A stretch of 58,606 nucleotides of DNA, the filler included, from Stramenopiles sp. TOSAG23-2 (Eukaryota): NCBI GenBank assembly GCA_900128395.1. It is 3 parts of 3 records of this genome, joined end to end, with 100 filler letters (N's around TTAATTAATTAA, not from the genome) between each part and the next. Parts side by side here need not be neighbours in the genome. Positions count along the whole stretch, not along the records: positions 19,612 to 39,114 come from LT649581.1; 2 more parts are not named here. One strand, written 5' to 3'. Below, one piece after another: positions 24,891 through 36,573 of this stretch (positions are counted from its first letter, which is position 1; each line of letters starts with the position of its first letter). The position numbers and the translations under genes were made by a program. Under the pieces are notes generated by a model, which had not been told where the DNA came from, did no database searches, and worked only from the letters and a program-made list of their open reading frames with translations.

Positions 24891-26203
24891 CTACCATATA
24901 TACGATGGTCTATCAGGCCTGAAACGCCATTCATCTGCGTAGCTCTTAACTGGTTCACACAAAGGTAAGCTTCGGCATCTTGCAAAGCCTGCATTTTCCA
25001 CTTTCAATTCTTCAAAACTTCCTAAAGTTTTATAATAACCAGATTTGCATTTAATCTTATAAACTGGGCAATGTACTTTATATTTTCCTGTAGCTTCAAT
25101 ATATTTATAAGAAAATGCACTTTTTCGAAGAACTTTCTGCCCAAGACTATTTCGAAGGATTTTTTTGAGTTTTTTTGTTTTTAATCGACGTCCAAAAAAC
25201 ATTTCAGCATCACCTTCATAGACATCAAAACTTGCGCCACTGCACCTGTTTAAGCATCCTTTCCCACCACCATTTTTCAAGCAGTTCGTGCAACTATATC
25301 CAGCTCCACTGCATCTAGAAACGCATCCTCCACCACCTCCATTCTTGACACAGATTTTACATTCCGATGATGAACCACCACTTGATGATCCACCACCACC
25401 GCCTGATGAGGAACTACCAGGAATAAGAATAACAACTTCTTTTGCATTTGAATAAATGATTGGGTTCATTAGTTGGTAGTTGAATGTATTTCTGCCTCCA
25501 TTCCGTACAATTCCCATGTCGTTTCCACTAGCACTACTAGATACAGTCCATCCCCAACGAGTTTGAAAAATAATAGCTCCACTTGGGATCTCACCCCTAA
25601 ATGCCATTCGTTCATAGGAATCTGCGTTGATCACATACGCGTTCACAGTCCCATAGGCACTTCTGATAGTGGTCCATTTGGATCCTGGCAAGTTCAAGGA
25701 TTTCCATTTTCCAGCACCAATCATTTGTACCATTGCACCACGAGAATTATTTGGATCAGCTGTTGTACCTCCGGAAAAGCTAGGGATATTCAGTCTATCC
25801 ATATTACCCAAGGTAGTAGCTACACAAGAGCCAGTTGGTCCACTATTTAATCGTGCAGTTGCAAGAGTTGTTAACCATGGATGACTAATTAAGCGTCGGC
25901 CACCACGACTACTTCGAAGGCGTCGGCTGCCAAAACGCAATGCTTCAGCAGTTGAAACTGAAGGGGACGTTTGGCACAGTTTGCGGCATTTCTGTTTAAG
26001 CAACGCGTATCTCAAAGCAGTCAAACGATAATTTACAGCTGCAGAGCATTGCGCCACACAAGTATCGTATTGTTCATACTGGTCCATCTCGTCCCATCTG
26101 ACGGAATATTCAATACCAACCTTATAGCCATCTCCTTTTGTGCTGTTGCTGATACTACCAATGTAGTTGCAATTATCAAAACAATGATTCCAGTTTTAAA
26201 CAT
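24891..26203 (-). CDS. Secreted Cys-rich protein with RRL sites and a CHAP/NlpC-like central domain; frame break near 26135
   Basis: The signal peptide MFKTGIIVLIIATTLVVSATA starts at 26203 in a different frame from the 398-aa ORF. They join by +1 nt in an A-run, or by a 23-nt GT..AG intron (26098-26120). Confidence 0.7.
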
Positions 26204-26752
26204 TTTGCAAAAGTTGTAATTCGTTTGCTTCTTTTTTTAAATTCTTTCGTTTCTTTTTTTATTCGTATTACTATTTATCAAACTCTTTTCTTTATTAAAT
26301 TTTATTGTCGTTGTATATTACTTGTTGTTCTGCTTACTTTGTATGTGTTGATCTCTTATTATATATATTGATCTATCTCAAAATGTGCTGAAATTATTAT
26401 TTTCCTATATAATACTATTATTTCCATGTTCTATTTTTTTAAAAAAAAAGATATTAGGCTATAGTGCTATGCACCTATCGGGCTTGCCCTGGGCTTGCCA
26501 GAGTAAATTATATACGATGTATATGCCACCCAGCCAGCAGTAATATTAGTGATGTGTGAAATGTGAAAGCAATACGAAAATAATATCTAAATTCAACACC
26601 CTTATTAATATTTAATATTTAAGTTCTATGCATAATGCAGATTTATTAAATTTAGTACATTTAACATAAAGTATAAACCAAAACGCACATCAATTTTATC
26701 ATTTATTATTTTAAAAATTCCCTGGGTATAAAAATGAAAATAAAAAAGTTTT

Positions 26753-29700
26753 TTACTTGTTGTTTGTCGTCTCACACCAATTCCTAACGTTTTGAAATAA
26801 TTTCAACCATGGACCGACTGGTCCAACTTTTTCTTTCAATTGGTTTGGCATCCATGGCCATTGCCATGAATTTATACATCGTTCTGGATGTGGCATCATA
26901 GCCAAATGACGGCCATTAGGTGAACATAAAGATGTTATACCATTGACACTACCATTTGGATTGAACGGATAGGTTTCTGTGGCTTTACCATTGTCATCAA
27001 CATAACGCAATGGAACTAAATTACTTTGTTCAACTTGATTCAACGTATCATCATTTGGGAAAAAGACTCTTCCTTCACCATGTGCTACCCATACACCTAA
27101 CGTAGAGCCTACCATATCTTTGAACCAAACTTTTGATGCAGGAGAATCGCATACTTTCACAGTGCTGAAACGTGACTCGAATCTTTCAGACTTATTATGT
27201 AAAAACCTGACATTATGTTCGGGTATATCAGGTACATAACCAAGCAATGCCATTAATTGGCAACCATTACATATTCCTAGCGAAAATGTATCTGAGCGAT
27301 TCCGGAACTTGGAAAATTGTTCATATATATTTTTATTGAATTTCACTGTACCAGCCCACCCTTTAGCAGAGTCCAAAACATCAGCATAACTAAATCCACC
27401 AACAAATACAATACCGCGAAAGTTTTCTAAATTTACATTTCCTTTCAACATATCCCTCATGTGAATATCCCATGGTTCAAATCCGGCAGCATAAAATGCA
27501 CTAGCCATTTCACGATCTCCATTACTACCTTCGTCTCGTATAATTGCTACTCGATATTGCGAGCGAGCATCACTAATAGATTTCAATGTTTTTGCAGGTA
27601 CAAAGGTTGTTTCATACGGAGGGTAAGTACGATTGGTTAATCCCGCCTCCTCTTGAGCAACACATTCAGGATTTGCTTGCAATTTATCCAATGCAAAACT
27701 GGTTGATTCCCACTTTTGGCGTAAAATTACCATTTTCTTTTCATATAACAATATCTTATTTTCATCATCGCCGCTTGAAAATATCTTAATCATAGGATTT
27801 GCAGTAGATTGGCCAATGTGATATGCATTGACATTTGCATCTTTAAATGCTTGTAAAACGGTTGGCAAATTTTCTAAAGCAACTTCTAAGACTAATCCTA
27901 ATTCTTCATTATACAACGATGATAAAATACCATTCGAATCATCCAGTGCATTATTATTATTATTATTATTATATTCAGTACCACTAGGCAATTGAATTGA
28001 AAACCCACAATTACCCGCAAATGACATTTCCAGTAAACATGTTATCAATCCACCATCACTACGATCGTGCCCAGCAGAGACTAAACGATTCCCAATCAAA
28101 TCTTGTACAGCTTTAAATGCATTTTTCAGTGTGGTTGGATCTTCCATATCTGGCGGATTTGCACCTAGTTGGCCATATGTTTGTGCTAGCGCAGAACCGC
28201 CCAATCGACGTTGATTATTACTACTCAAATCAACATAAACTATTTGACCCTCTGTTCCACCACCATTTACCCCATTTGGTTTTTCCCCATTCGGTAATTT
28301 AAAATCTGGAGTTATTGTCAATGAAACGTCAGGACAAGTACAATATGTTGAAAGAACAAACGTTCCAGGTGATTTAACAACTTCGCCATTAGCCGTTGCA
28401 GCCATGGATAGACTATCTTTTCCACCATCAATAGATACACCTAACGTTACCATGCAATCACGAACTGCTTCAACAGCTTCATACATGTTTGCAGCTTCAC
28501 CTGGTAATTTAGCAGCCCACATCCAATTTCCAGAACATTTAACATCTTCTAATGCTGTAATTTTTGCCCACACTAAATTTGTCAATGCTTCGCCAACGCT
28601 CATTCGTACACCGGCACCATTTGATAATAAACCTTTAATAGGTTGCTCTCCGATTGATGTGGCGATTCCAGTAACTGTCATCTTTTCATCATCTTCATCT
28701 AATGGAAAATGCGATTGTGCAAGAACACCTACATTTGCAAGTGGCGTATGCAATGGACCAACGCATTGCTGTTGTGCGATTAATCCAGTAACACTACGAT
28801 CGACTTTAGTTGTTAAAAATCGTTTTGATCCTACTTGTAATAAACGTAACACTCTATCCAATGTCTCATCAATAATTGCATTCATTGATTTTGCTCGTTT
28901 ATTTTTCCCTACGAATAAGATATCACCAGAAAAATCAACCGGTTTTGCAGTTTTTGCTTTAGTGGTATCGACAAACGTTTTTTGAGGCAAGGAGCCTAAA
29001 ATTTTATCCAATTCTAAATTTACAGGGGTTGAATCATCATTTGAATCATGCAAAACAACTCTGCCATCTCCTGTAACAACGCCTAAAACAGCGAATGGGC
29101 AATTTTCACGCGTTGCAATTTTTGAGAAAACATCTAGTGATTCCGGTTGAATTAACAACGCATTGTTTTCTTGGTATTCACTTCCCCATATCTCAAGTAC
29201 GGATAAAGAATTATCTCCAATCAGTATATCTCGAAGTTCTAAGCGACAACCTGCTGGCTCTGCAATTTCCTTTAATACGTTGCTATTTCCACCAGCACCT
29301 TGATCATGGATTGATAAGATTGGATTGGAATCACCCAGTTCAATACACCCACGGACTAGACGATTTACTTTATTTCCCATCTCAGCATCACCACGTTGTA
29401 CTGCATCAAAATCCAAATCTGCATCTTTTGCATCTTGCATTCGACTACTAGCAGCACCACCGCCCATACCAATTCGATAACATGGGCCACCAATTTTAAT
29501 AATTAACATTCCTTTAGCAGGCTCATCTTTTACTAAATGCTTATCATCTAATTGCCCAATACCAGCTGTAAACATAATCGGTTTGATCCATTCCCTTCGC
29601 TTTCCATCGGAATCTCTTAAACCAAATGAACGTGTAAAACCAGCTACGACTGGTTCGCCAAATTTATTTCCATAATCAGACGCTCCATTACTTGCTTCAA

Positions 29701-30970
29701 TGCAAATATTTAAAGGTGAGGCTAAATTTGGTGGATATTCAAATTTCGATTTCGTCTTATCTTCCCATGGTAAATCATGTCCAGGAATATTTAAATTACC
29801 AACGCAATATGCAGCCGTTCCGGCGATACAATTCGCACCACGACCAGTGGCCATTACATCGCGCAATCGTCCACCTGTTCCTGTAGTTGCCCCTGGGAAT
29901 GGTGCAACACCGGTTGGAAAATTATGTGTTTCTGCAGTTAACAATGGATGATAAGTTCGCTTTCTCTCTTTCATTGGACCAGGTTCACCTGGTTTGGAAG
30001 GTCCTACCATCCGTATGTCGTATCCACGAATTGCGCTACTATTATCATGAAACGCGATGACGCTATTATCATCTCCTAGTTCCTTCGGTCGCTGAGCTTG
30101 TGCATCCTTTAACGTTTGTTTTACCATGGAAAATAATGTTTGTTTCTTTTCAACATTGTCAATAATCATCTTTCCTCCAAAAAACCAATGCCTAGAATGT
30201 TCACTATTACCTTGTGCCATATCAAAACATTCAACATCGGTTGGATCACGCTTCATTACATCACGAAAAAGATTTGTATAAAATTCTAAATCCCAATCAT
30301 CAAATGCAAGCCCCATCAAATCGCTAATTTCTTTTAATGCTTGTTTTCCATCTTTTAAAATAGGAACAATTTTCACAGGTTCTGGCGTCGCTACTTCACC
30401 AAAGGAATTAAAATTATCAGGTAAAACCATTTCCGTCATTCTGTCATGAACTTTACTTAAAAAGATATTTTTGGTTTCCTCTGAAAGGTTCACGTTATCA
30501 TCGCTTACATGAACTTGATAACGTACAACTTTTTCAATCCTTTCAATATTTGATATACCACACGCTTCGCATATTGAAACTGCGTTTGTAGAAAATGCAG
30601 ATACAAAACTTAGTCTAGGGCCAATCCCAAATTCCCATATATTGCTATTAATATCAACATTTAAATTATTAGGTGTTAAAGGTTTACTTTTTACTTGCTG
30701 TATAAAATATGATTTAGGACCAGTTTTTTCAGGTTCATATGTTTCTGATAATAACCATTTCAAAATATGTCTCTCGCTTTCACGTAGTTCAATTCCATTA
30801 TCTTTTAATTGAATTAAAAATAAATATTCTGTATCAATGTGATTAATTTTCGGAAATTTCGTATTGCTTAAATCACGTTTCAATGCTTCAATAGTAGCAT
30901 TTGTTAAAGCAGGATGACGATAATAACGTAATAATTCATTTTCTACACTTTCAACAACAATAGATGCCAT
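26753..30970 (-). CDS. PFAS: Phosphoribosylformylglycinamidine synthase (large-type PurL)
   Basis: NSEHSRHWFF, AETHNFPT, GMGGGAASS, HDQGAGG, GGKDSLSM, GGFSYAD, GICNGCQ, HLAMMPHPER; first ATG at 30970. Confidence 0.98.
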   Translation of the reverse strand: MASIVVESVENELLRYYRHPALTNATIEALKRDLSNTKFPKINHIDTEYLFLIQLKDNGIELRESERHILKWLLSETYEPEKTGPKSYFIQQVKSKPLTPNNLNVDINSNIWEFGIGPRLSFVSAFSTNAVSICEACGISNIERIEKVVRYQVHVSDDNVNLSEETKNIFLSKVHDRMTEMVLPDNFNSFGEVATPEPVKIVPILKDGKQALKEISDLMGLAFDDWDLEFYTNLFRDVMKRDPTDVECFDMAQGNSEHSRHWFFGGKMIIDNVEKKQTLFSMVKQTLKDAQAQRPKELGDDNSVIAFHDNSSAIRGYDIRMVGPSKPGEPGPMKERKRTYHPLLTAETHNFPTGVAPFPGATTGTGGRLRDVMATGRGANCIAGTAAYCVGNLNIPGHDLPWEDKTKSKFEYPPNLASPLNICIEASNGASDYGNKFGEPVVAGFTRSFGLRDSDGKRREWIKPIMFTAGIGQLDDKHLVKDEPAKGMLIIKIGGPCYRIGMGGGAASSRMQDAKDADLDFDAVQRGDAEMGNKVNRLVRGCIELGDSNPILSIHDQGAGGNSNVLKEIAEPAGCRLELRDILIGDNSLSVLEIWGSEYQENNALLIQPESLDVFSKIATRENCPFAVLGVVTGDGRVVLHDSNDDSTPVNLELDKILGSLPQKTFVDTTKAKTAKPVDFSGDILFVGKNKRAKSMNAIIDETLDRVLRLLQVGSKRFLTTKVDRSVTGLIAQQQCVGPLHTPLANVGVLAQSHFPLDEDDEKMTVTGIATSIGEQPIKGLLSNGAGVRMSVGEALTNLVWAKITALEDVKCSGNWMWAAKLPGEAANMYEAVEAVRDCMVTLGVSIDGGKDSLSMAATANGEVVKSPGTFVLSTYCTCPDVSLTITPDFKLPNGEKPNGVNGGGTEGQIVYVDLSSNNQRRLGGSALAQTYGQLGANPPDMEDPTTLKNAFKAVQDLIGNRLVSAGHDRSDGGLITCLLEMSFAGNCGFSIQLPSGTEYNNNNNNNALDDSNGILSSLYNEELGLVLEVALENLPTVLQAFKDANVNAYHIGQSTANPMIKIFSSGDDENKILLYEKKMVILRQKWESTSFALDKLQANPECVAQEEAGLTNRTYPPYETTFVPAKTLKSISDARSQYRVAIIRDEGSNGDREMASAFYAAGFEPWDIHMRDMLKGNVNLENFRGIVFVGGFSYADVLDSAKGWAGTVKFNKNIYEQFSKFRNRSDTFSLGICNGCQLMALLGYVPDIPEHNVRFLHNKSERFESRFSTVKVCDSPASKVWFKDMVGSTLGVWVAHGEGRVFFPNDDTLNQVEQSNLVPLRYVDDNGKATETYPFNPNGSVNGITSLCSPNGRHLAMMPHPERCINSWQWPWMPNQLKEKVGPVGPWLKLFQNVRNWCETTNNK

Positions 30971-31643
30971 GGTTGTCAATTTTATACCTGACCTTATATA
31001 TATCTACAATTATGAAGTGAAATAAGTATATGTATATATGTGACATATATATAAATCAATCACACACACCATGGGGAATATATATCTGATATCACATAGT
31101 ATATAGATTGAATTTGGATGGATGTATGCTGGTATGGGTGATGATAGTTATTATCGATAGTGATGAGCATCAATGATGATGGATAGAAAATTATTTTTGT
31201 GGCTCTTCTGTGCTATTGCTATGTTAATTTTTATAATGTCAAACACCGAGTGAATCTTGAAAAAAAAAGCTGATAAGAAGTGAATTTATTTCATTTATGA
31301 CGGACCAAAAAATCAAAAAATCAAAAATATATACGCAAATGATGTAGTAAATAGACTACGGAAACTGGTTGATAAGATGCAAACCTTAACCTTTGTAATT
31401 TAAATTGTTGATTTGTTAAGTTAAAGTGGTGAAAATTATTTTTATACTACTAAGACTACTACTTCTTTTTTTATTTATCCTACCTATGGTATTAAATACT
31501 ATTTTTTTTAACAACTTTGGCACTTTGAATGAAGAATATATTTTTATTTTATATATAAAAATATATATTGAATATGTGTGTATGTGGAGATATATACCAA
31601 TACGTTTATATGTAAAGAGTAGAAAATAAATACACATTAAAAG

Positions 31644-32543
31644 ATGTCGTCGAGTCTTATTAATAATAACAATAACAATGCAAAACGGAATTATGTTAAT
31701 GAAAAGAAACAAATAAATACAGCGGAATTTAGCAAAACTGTTATGCAAAGTGCGCTTGCACATTTATTGAAATCGTGTGAAAAAGATGGTGAAAAAGAAG
31801 GGGATGAAAGAAAAAAAATTAATAGTGTTGAATATGGTGCATTAGCAGCTTTTAGCGATATCATTGGCAAATACATTGAAACAATAGGCATGTCATCGTC
31901 TGAAAATGCAGCTGGCTCTGGTAGATCTGTCACGAATTTATATGATGTCTTGGATGCATTTTCGACTACAACATCACCACCAATAACTGTTGAAGCATTA
32001 TATGATTTTGCAGCTCAAAGTGAATTAAGTCATAGACTTGACCGACGTATAGAAGATTTTCCAGCCAAAAAGAAAAGGCGAGATGATACGTTTGGTAAAA
32101 TGATTGGCGAAAGGCAGCAACATAATTTTCACATCTTACCATTTTTACCCCAATACCCACCACAACATACATATATACATACCAAAACAGATGTATTGGA
32201 TAGAGAAGATGACCCAAAAAAAATTCATGAAAAACGTGTAGAACAACATATGGCATTGAAAAAATCATTAGCAACATATGGTAAAAGAAAATTAGCAGGA
32301 GAAACAAATCTTGATGATAATAATAATATTAATAATGATGATGTTGTAAATGGAACATTAGAAAATCCATTTTTATTACCACCTGAAGATGATAATAGTA
32401 ATGATAATGATAATAATAATGATGATGGTAGTGGTGGCGGCGATGATAGTAACACAACGACGACGACCACTACTACTACTACTACTACTACGAATACATC
32501 AAGAAAAAAAAGAAGAAGACGAGGTGTTGCTGATTTAATGTAA
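31644..32543 (+). CDS. TAF8: TFIID subunit 8 (histone-fold BTP domain plus TAF8_C)
   Basis: AL..FSDII.KYIETIG...A..SGRS.TNLYDV histone fold; HILPFLPQYPPQHTY.HT TAF8 C-terminal motif; ENPFL. Confidence 0.85.
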   Translation: MSSSLINNNNNNAKRNYVNEKKQINTAEFSKTVMQSALAHLLKSCEKDGEKEGDERKKINSVEYGALAAFSDIIGKYIETIGMSSSENAAGSGRSVTNLYDVLDAFSTTTSPPITVEALYDFAAQSELSHRLDRRIEDFPAKKKRRDDTFGKMIGERQQHNFHILPFLPQYPPQHTYIHTKTDVLDREDDPKKIHEKRVEQHMALKKSLATYGKRKLAGETNLDDNNNINNDDVVNGTLENPFLLPPEDDNSNDNDNNNDDGSGGGDDSNTTTTTTTTTTTTTNTSRKKRRRRGVADLM

Positions 32544-32914
32544 TGTATTTCGGTGTGTATAAAGAGAGTTCTCTCGCGCGTATAGTGTCTGATTTTTAAG
32601 TACAGAAAAGTATGATGTGTGAAAAAGTAAAAAAATATATACGAATATATCATACAAAAATGAATATCAATATATACATTAGTGTTTTATATATTTATCT
32701 CACTCTCACAATAACACACACACACACAAAAATAATATCCTAGATTCTCTGTTGTTTTCTTTTTGTTTTATTCTTCTCGACTCTCTTCTTGATGGGAGAC
32801 ACTTATCATCTCTGTTGAAGCGTAAAAATTCACATTAACATATCTATACACATCATATATATTTACGTATGGTGTAGTATTGCGGATATATTGTCAATAT
32901 TGTGTACAATGGAT

Positions 32915-33370
32915 TTATTCGTACATCCATGCAGCACTATGATGTTCCCATGTGTTTAATTCCTCACCGAACCATAATTTGATTTCAGCGTTAGCAGATT
33001 CAACTGCGTCACTACCGTGGCAAATATTACGTCCTACATCAAGGCAGAAGTCACCACGAATGGTTCCTGGTGCAGAGTCCAATGGGCGGGTTTCTCCCAA
33101 CATTTTTCTTCCGGTTTTGACTGCATCAAGACCTTCCCATACCATGCATACTACTGGGCCTGATGACATGTATTTGATAAGACCAGGGAAGAATTTTTTG
33201 CCTTTCAAGTCAGCATAATGTTGTTCCAAATGCTCAGTGGATGGTGTTGCCATTTTCAATGCAACTAATTTAAAACCACGTGCTTCAAATCTTCCAATGA
33301 TGTTACCAACTAATCCACGTTGTACACCGTCTGGTTTGATCATAATATATGTTCTTTCTGTATTTGACAT
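32915..33370 (-). CDS. NDK: Nucleoside diphosphate kinase
   Basis: [33 protein letters not shown]. Confidence 0.99.
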   Translation of the reverse strand: MSNTERTYIMIKPDGVQRGLVGNIIGRFEARGFKLVALKMATPSTEHLEQHYADLKGKKFFPGLIKYMSSGPVVCMVWEGLDAVKTGRKMLGETRPLDSAPGTIRGDFCLDVGRNICHGSDAVESANAEIKLWFGEELNTWEHHSAAWMYE

Positions 33371-34113
33371 GTTTGTTTGTTTGTTATTGTTTGGTTGGTG
33401 GTTTTTTTTTTTGAAGTAATTCGTTTTTTATTTTTGTGTTTCTTTTTCTTAAATATTGTACACAGTAATATGTACATCTGAATCTTTCTCACCATCCTTC
33501 CTATGTCTTTTCCTGGCTATAAGTACATATATACCTGGTATATTATAGCACTATAAAAGCACTAATAAATGTGTGGCTCTGCATGTGTGATGTGGCGTTT
33601 TCTTGTTTTTGCCAGGTTTGATGGTGTTTGGTTTTTTCCTCAGTCGCCTATCAAATTAATGCACATTAATTCATACTTGAATCGACATATCCCAACCATA
33701 TAACCAATATAAGTATAGCACTAGTCGTCTGCGTCGTCAGACTCTTTCTTCTTAATGAATATATAGCACATTTTAATTTACACATTACATATCCGTATCA
33801 GCTATAAATTATAATAGTTGAAAAGATCATGGTATTGTCCTGTTATTATACCTTAACCTGGATTACAGATTAAGAAAAAGGAGGAATCTCAATCATCATC
33901 TTCTTCAATCATCATTATTTATTATTTTTTATAAATTATTCTTATTTATTTATAAATATCAAAACTTTTGGATAAAAGGAAAAGGATATACTGAGAGAGA
34001 TCATTTTGATATCATTTATTATTAGTATTCAATTGTTATTTTCAATTTTTTATTTTCTTTTAAATCATTTTTTGTAGTAAAACAGGGCTAGGAAAAACAA
34101 ACAAAAAAATACA

Positions 34114-34887
34114 ATGACTTTATTAGATAAAACAAAAACAAAATGTGAATTGTTTGATGATTTAGGATGGTTTTTACAAACTTTATTAGCAGTTGCTGCC
34201 TTAATGATATTGGTTGTTAAATGGCGTTTGGAAAAAGGGGTTAGAAGGCCTTTTGCAATATTTTCATTGGACTTTTCAAAGCAAGTCATATATTCGTTAG
34301 TAATTCATGGTTTAAATCTAATCATAGCCGTAACATTGGGTGAATACGTGCGAAAAGATGGTGCATGCGTATGGTATGGCCTTGTACAAATATTAGGTGT
34401 ATCAGTTGGTCTAGCAATTACAATAGTTTTATTGACTATTGGTACTGCACTTAAAGTTGAAGGTATACATGATAGTGGATATTATGGAAAAGATCCAAAA
34501 AATCCATTAATGTCAGCATATTGCATGCAACTTTGGGTATGGATCGCCATCGTCTCTATTCAACGGTTGGCATTGTGGGGTGTTATGCATATTTTCCGCA
34601 ACCCTTTAGGAACTTTTGGTAATTGGTTGTTTGGTCCTTTTAAAAGAGATGCTGACGCAATGGCTGCAATTGTACTTATACTTATACCAGTTTTAACATC
34701 GATTATAGAGTATTGGATTCAAGATGATATCCTAATGGGTGTCACCGGGGCTGGAAACCATTCCCCAGAAAAAGGAAAATATAAGCAATTAAAACAAAAT
34801 GATGATGTAAATGATTTTAACTTGAAAACCCCTGAAAGAGGTATTGAAGCATCGTCTTCAAAATCGGAGGGTGCCCGAACGGTTTAG
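34114..34887 (+). CDS. TMEM110/STIMATE-like (YPL162C-like) membrane protein
   Basis: CELF..LGW.LQ..L...LVVKW.LE...RPF.IF.LDFSKQ, C.WY, SGYYG, YWIQDDIL; about five TM helices. Confidence 0.85.
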   Translation: MTLLDKTKTKCELFDDLGWFLQTLLAVAALMILVVKWRLEKGVRRPFAIFSLDFSKQVIYSLVIHGLNLIIAVTLGEYVRKDGACVWYGLVQILGVSVGLAITIVLLTIGTALKVEGIHDSGYYGKDPKNPLMSAYCMQLWVWIAIVSIQRLALWGVMHIFRNPLGTFGNWLFGPFKRDADAMAAIVLILIPVLTSIIEYWIQDDILMGVTGAGNHSPEKGKYKQLKQNDDVNDFNLKTPERGIEASSSKSEGARTV

Positions 34888-35166
34888 TGTGTCACATGTA
34901 CAAACATTTTTGATCAATTCTCAAAATATTAGAGACGTGAAGAGCGTATAAAAATATGGAAGAGAGAGAGGAGACAAAATAAAAAAAAAGTCCTGTTCTC
35001 TCTACACAACTAATTTTATTTGAATATTATATATTACGAACGACACATTATGTTTTTTTATATTTTATCTTCGTATTTTATTTATATATACGAACGTGTG
35101 TATTTTTTTATAGATATTAAAAATTTTACTAATAAAAAGTTTATTCGGGCTGCATTGTTTCTATTA

Positions 35167-35352
35167 TCATATCTCCACTCTTTTTCGTTTTCGAGCACAT
35201 ACATCCAAATACAATTCTACAAGGTTGATCATAAAATGCCCTTTCATCAGGATCTTTAAATGAATTCCATGCCTACTACATGCTTCTTGTTCTAAATTTG
35301 GAAAAATATGTTTCATAGCAGCAAAAAATTTGTTATTTTGCAAATCTTCCAT
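35167..35352 (-). pseudogene. Short gene fragment resembling the ANKRD27/VARP N-terminus
   Basis: MEDLQNNKFFAAMK...SRHGI resembles the EDLLKNPFYLAL...HGI start of VARP-type proteins; no continuation visible. Confidence 0.25.
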
Positions 35353-35436
35353 TTTTCTATTATTCTTCTTTAACGTAATAAGTATTAAACAATAAATGAA
35401 AGTGATTTGTAGTATCTGTTATATATTGGTTGGAAA

Positions 35437-35468
<32 letters not shown>

Positions 35469-36573
35469 ATATCTATTATTTTTATTTTGTAGTTGTTATT
35501 TTAATTTTTTCGAAGAAGAAGAAGAAGAAGAAAGAAGACGACGACTGTGCGACTGGAAGAAGGAAAAGAAGAGAAGAAGCGCTGGAAAAAAAAAAAAAAG
35601 CGTCAAAATCTCTAATCCAGACAGATCCAAACGATCTTTCCTATCAATTGAACACATAAGACTATTAATATGATTATTGAGTATAGGAGAATTAACAAGA
35701 AGACTAACTTCTGATTCTACGCATATTACTATCGTATTTACCTGTACTGGACCTGCTAATTTTCAGATTCTTTTGTACACACCACTTGGGAACACTGTTG
35801 TGGTATTACCATTAAATGCGAATAGCAATATTATCTCTATACTATTCCATGTTAAAATAACTTGCACTTTTATCTGGCCATGGTTCATGAGCATCATAGG
35901 TACCACTCAACATGTTGTCCTATATCTACAATTAGATCTATTACAAATGACATAATAAAAACCTTTTTATATACTAATTTACTATTAAGTATAAATTTGT
36001 ATTTTTCATTGATCTACTACTAGTACTATGTTTATGTTATTCGAATAATAATTTGATAGGCATTTTAACTATTTCTATCCCTGGATTCTATCATAATAAA
36101 TATACTAATAAGATAGCCAGAAAAAGGCATTTATCACGTTTAAATTCTTACATACACCCTTTTAGCTTCTTCATAGATTCAATTTACAGATGGAAACATA
36201 ATCACAACAAGAAACATTATTAGAACGATTCTGTAGCTTCATAGATTCAATTTACAGATGGAAACATAATCACAACAAGAAACATTATTAGAACGATTCT
36301 GTAGACTTATTAGAACACGCTACACTTTATAACAACAGAATACGTATTTATCAACATTATATTTTTTCTATTTAATTATTTTACATTTTTATTGTTATTA
36401 GTAAATGCAAGTTAGACACAGTAAATTTATTTTATAAATATTATATATATAATATATCAATACAGCCATCAAAGTAACATAATATTATATATATTAACAA
36501 GGGATACATCTTCATATAGTTGTGTTCTATATTCCATCCGATTTACCACATACAGTCTTAGTTAGTTTAGATA

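Noticed and set aside
21668..33370. OGDH, PFAS and NDK as a metabolic gene cluster
   Set aside because: They are interleaved with unrelated genes and belong to different pathway steps; this fits ordinary gene-dense order.
35677..35955. Coding-like stretch upstream of the kinase, and similar fragments at 18000-18404 and 49170-49380
   Set aside because: Short or stop-interrupted with no recognisable motif; cannot be supported as genes.
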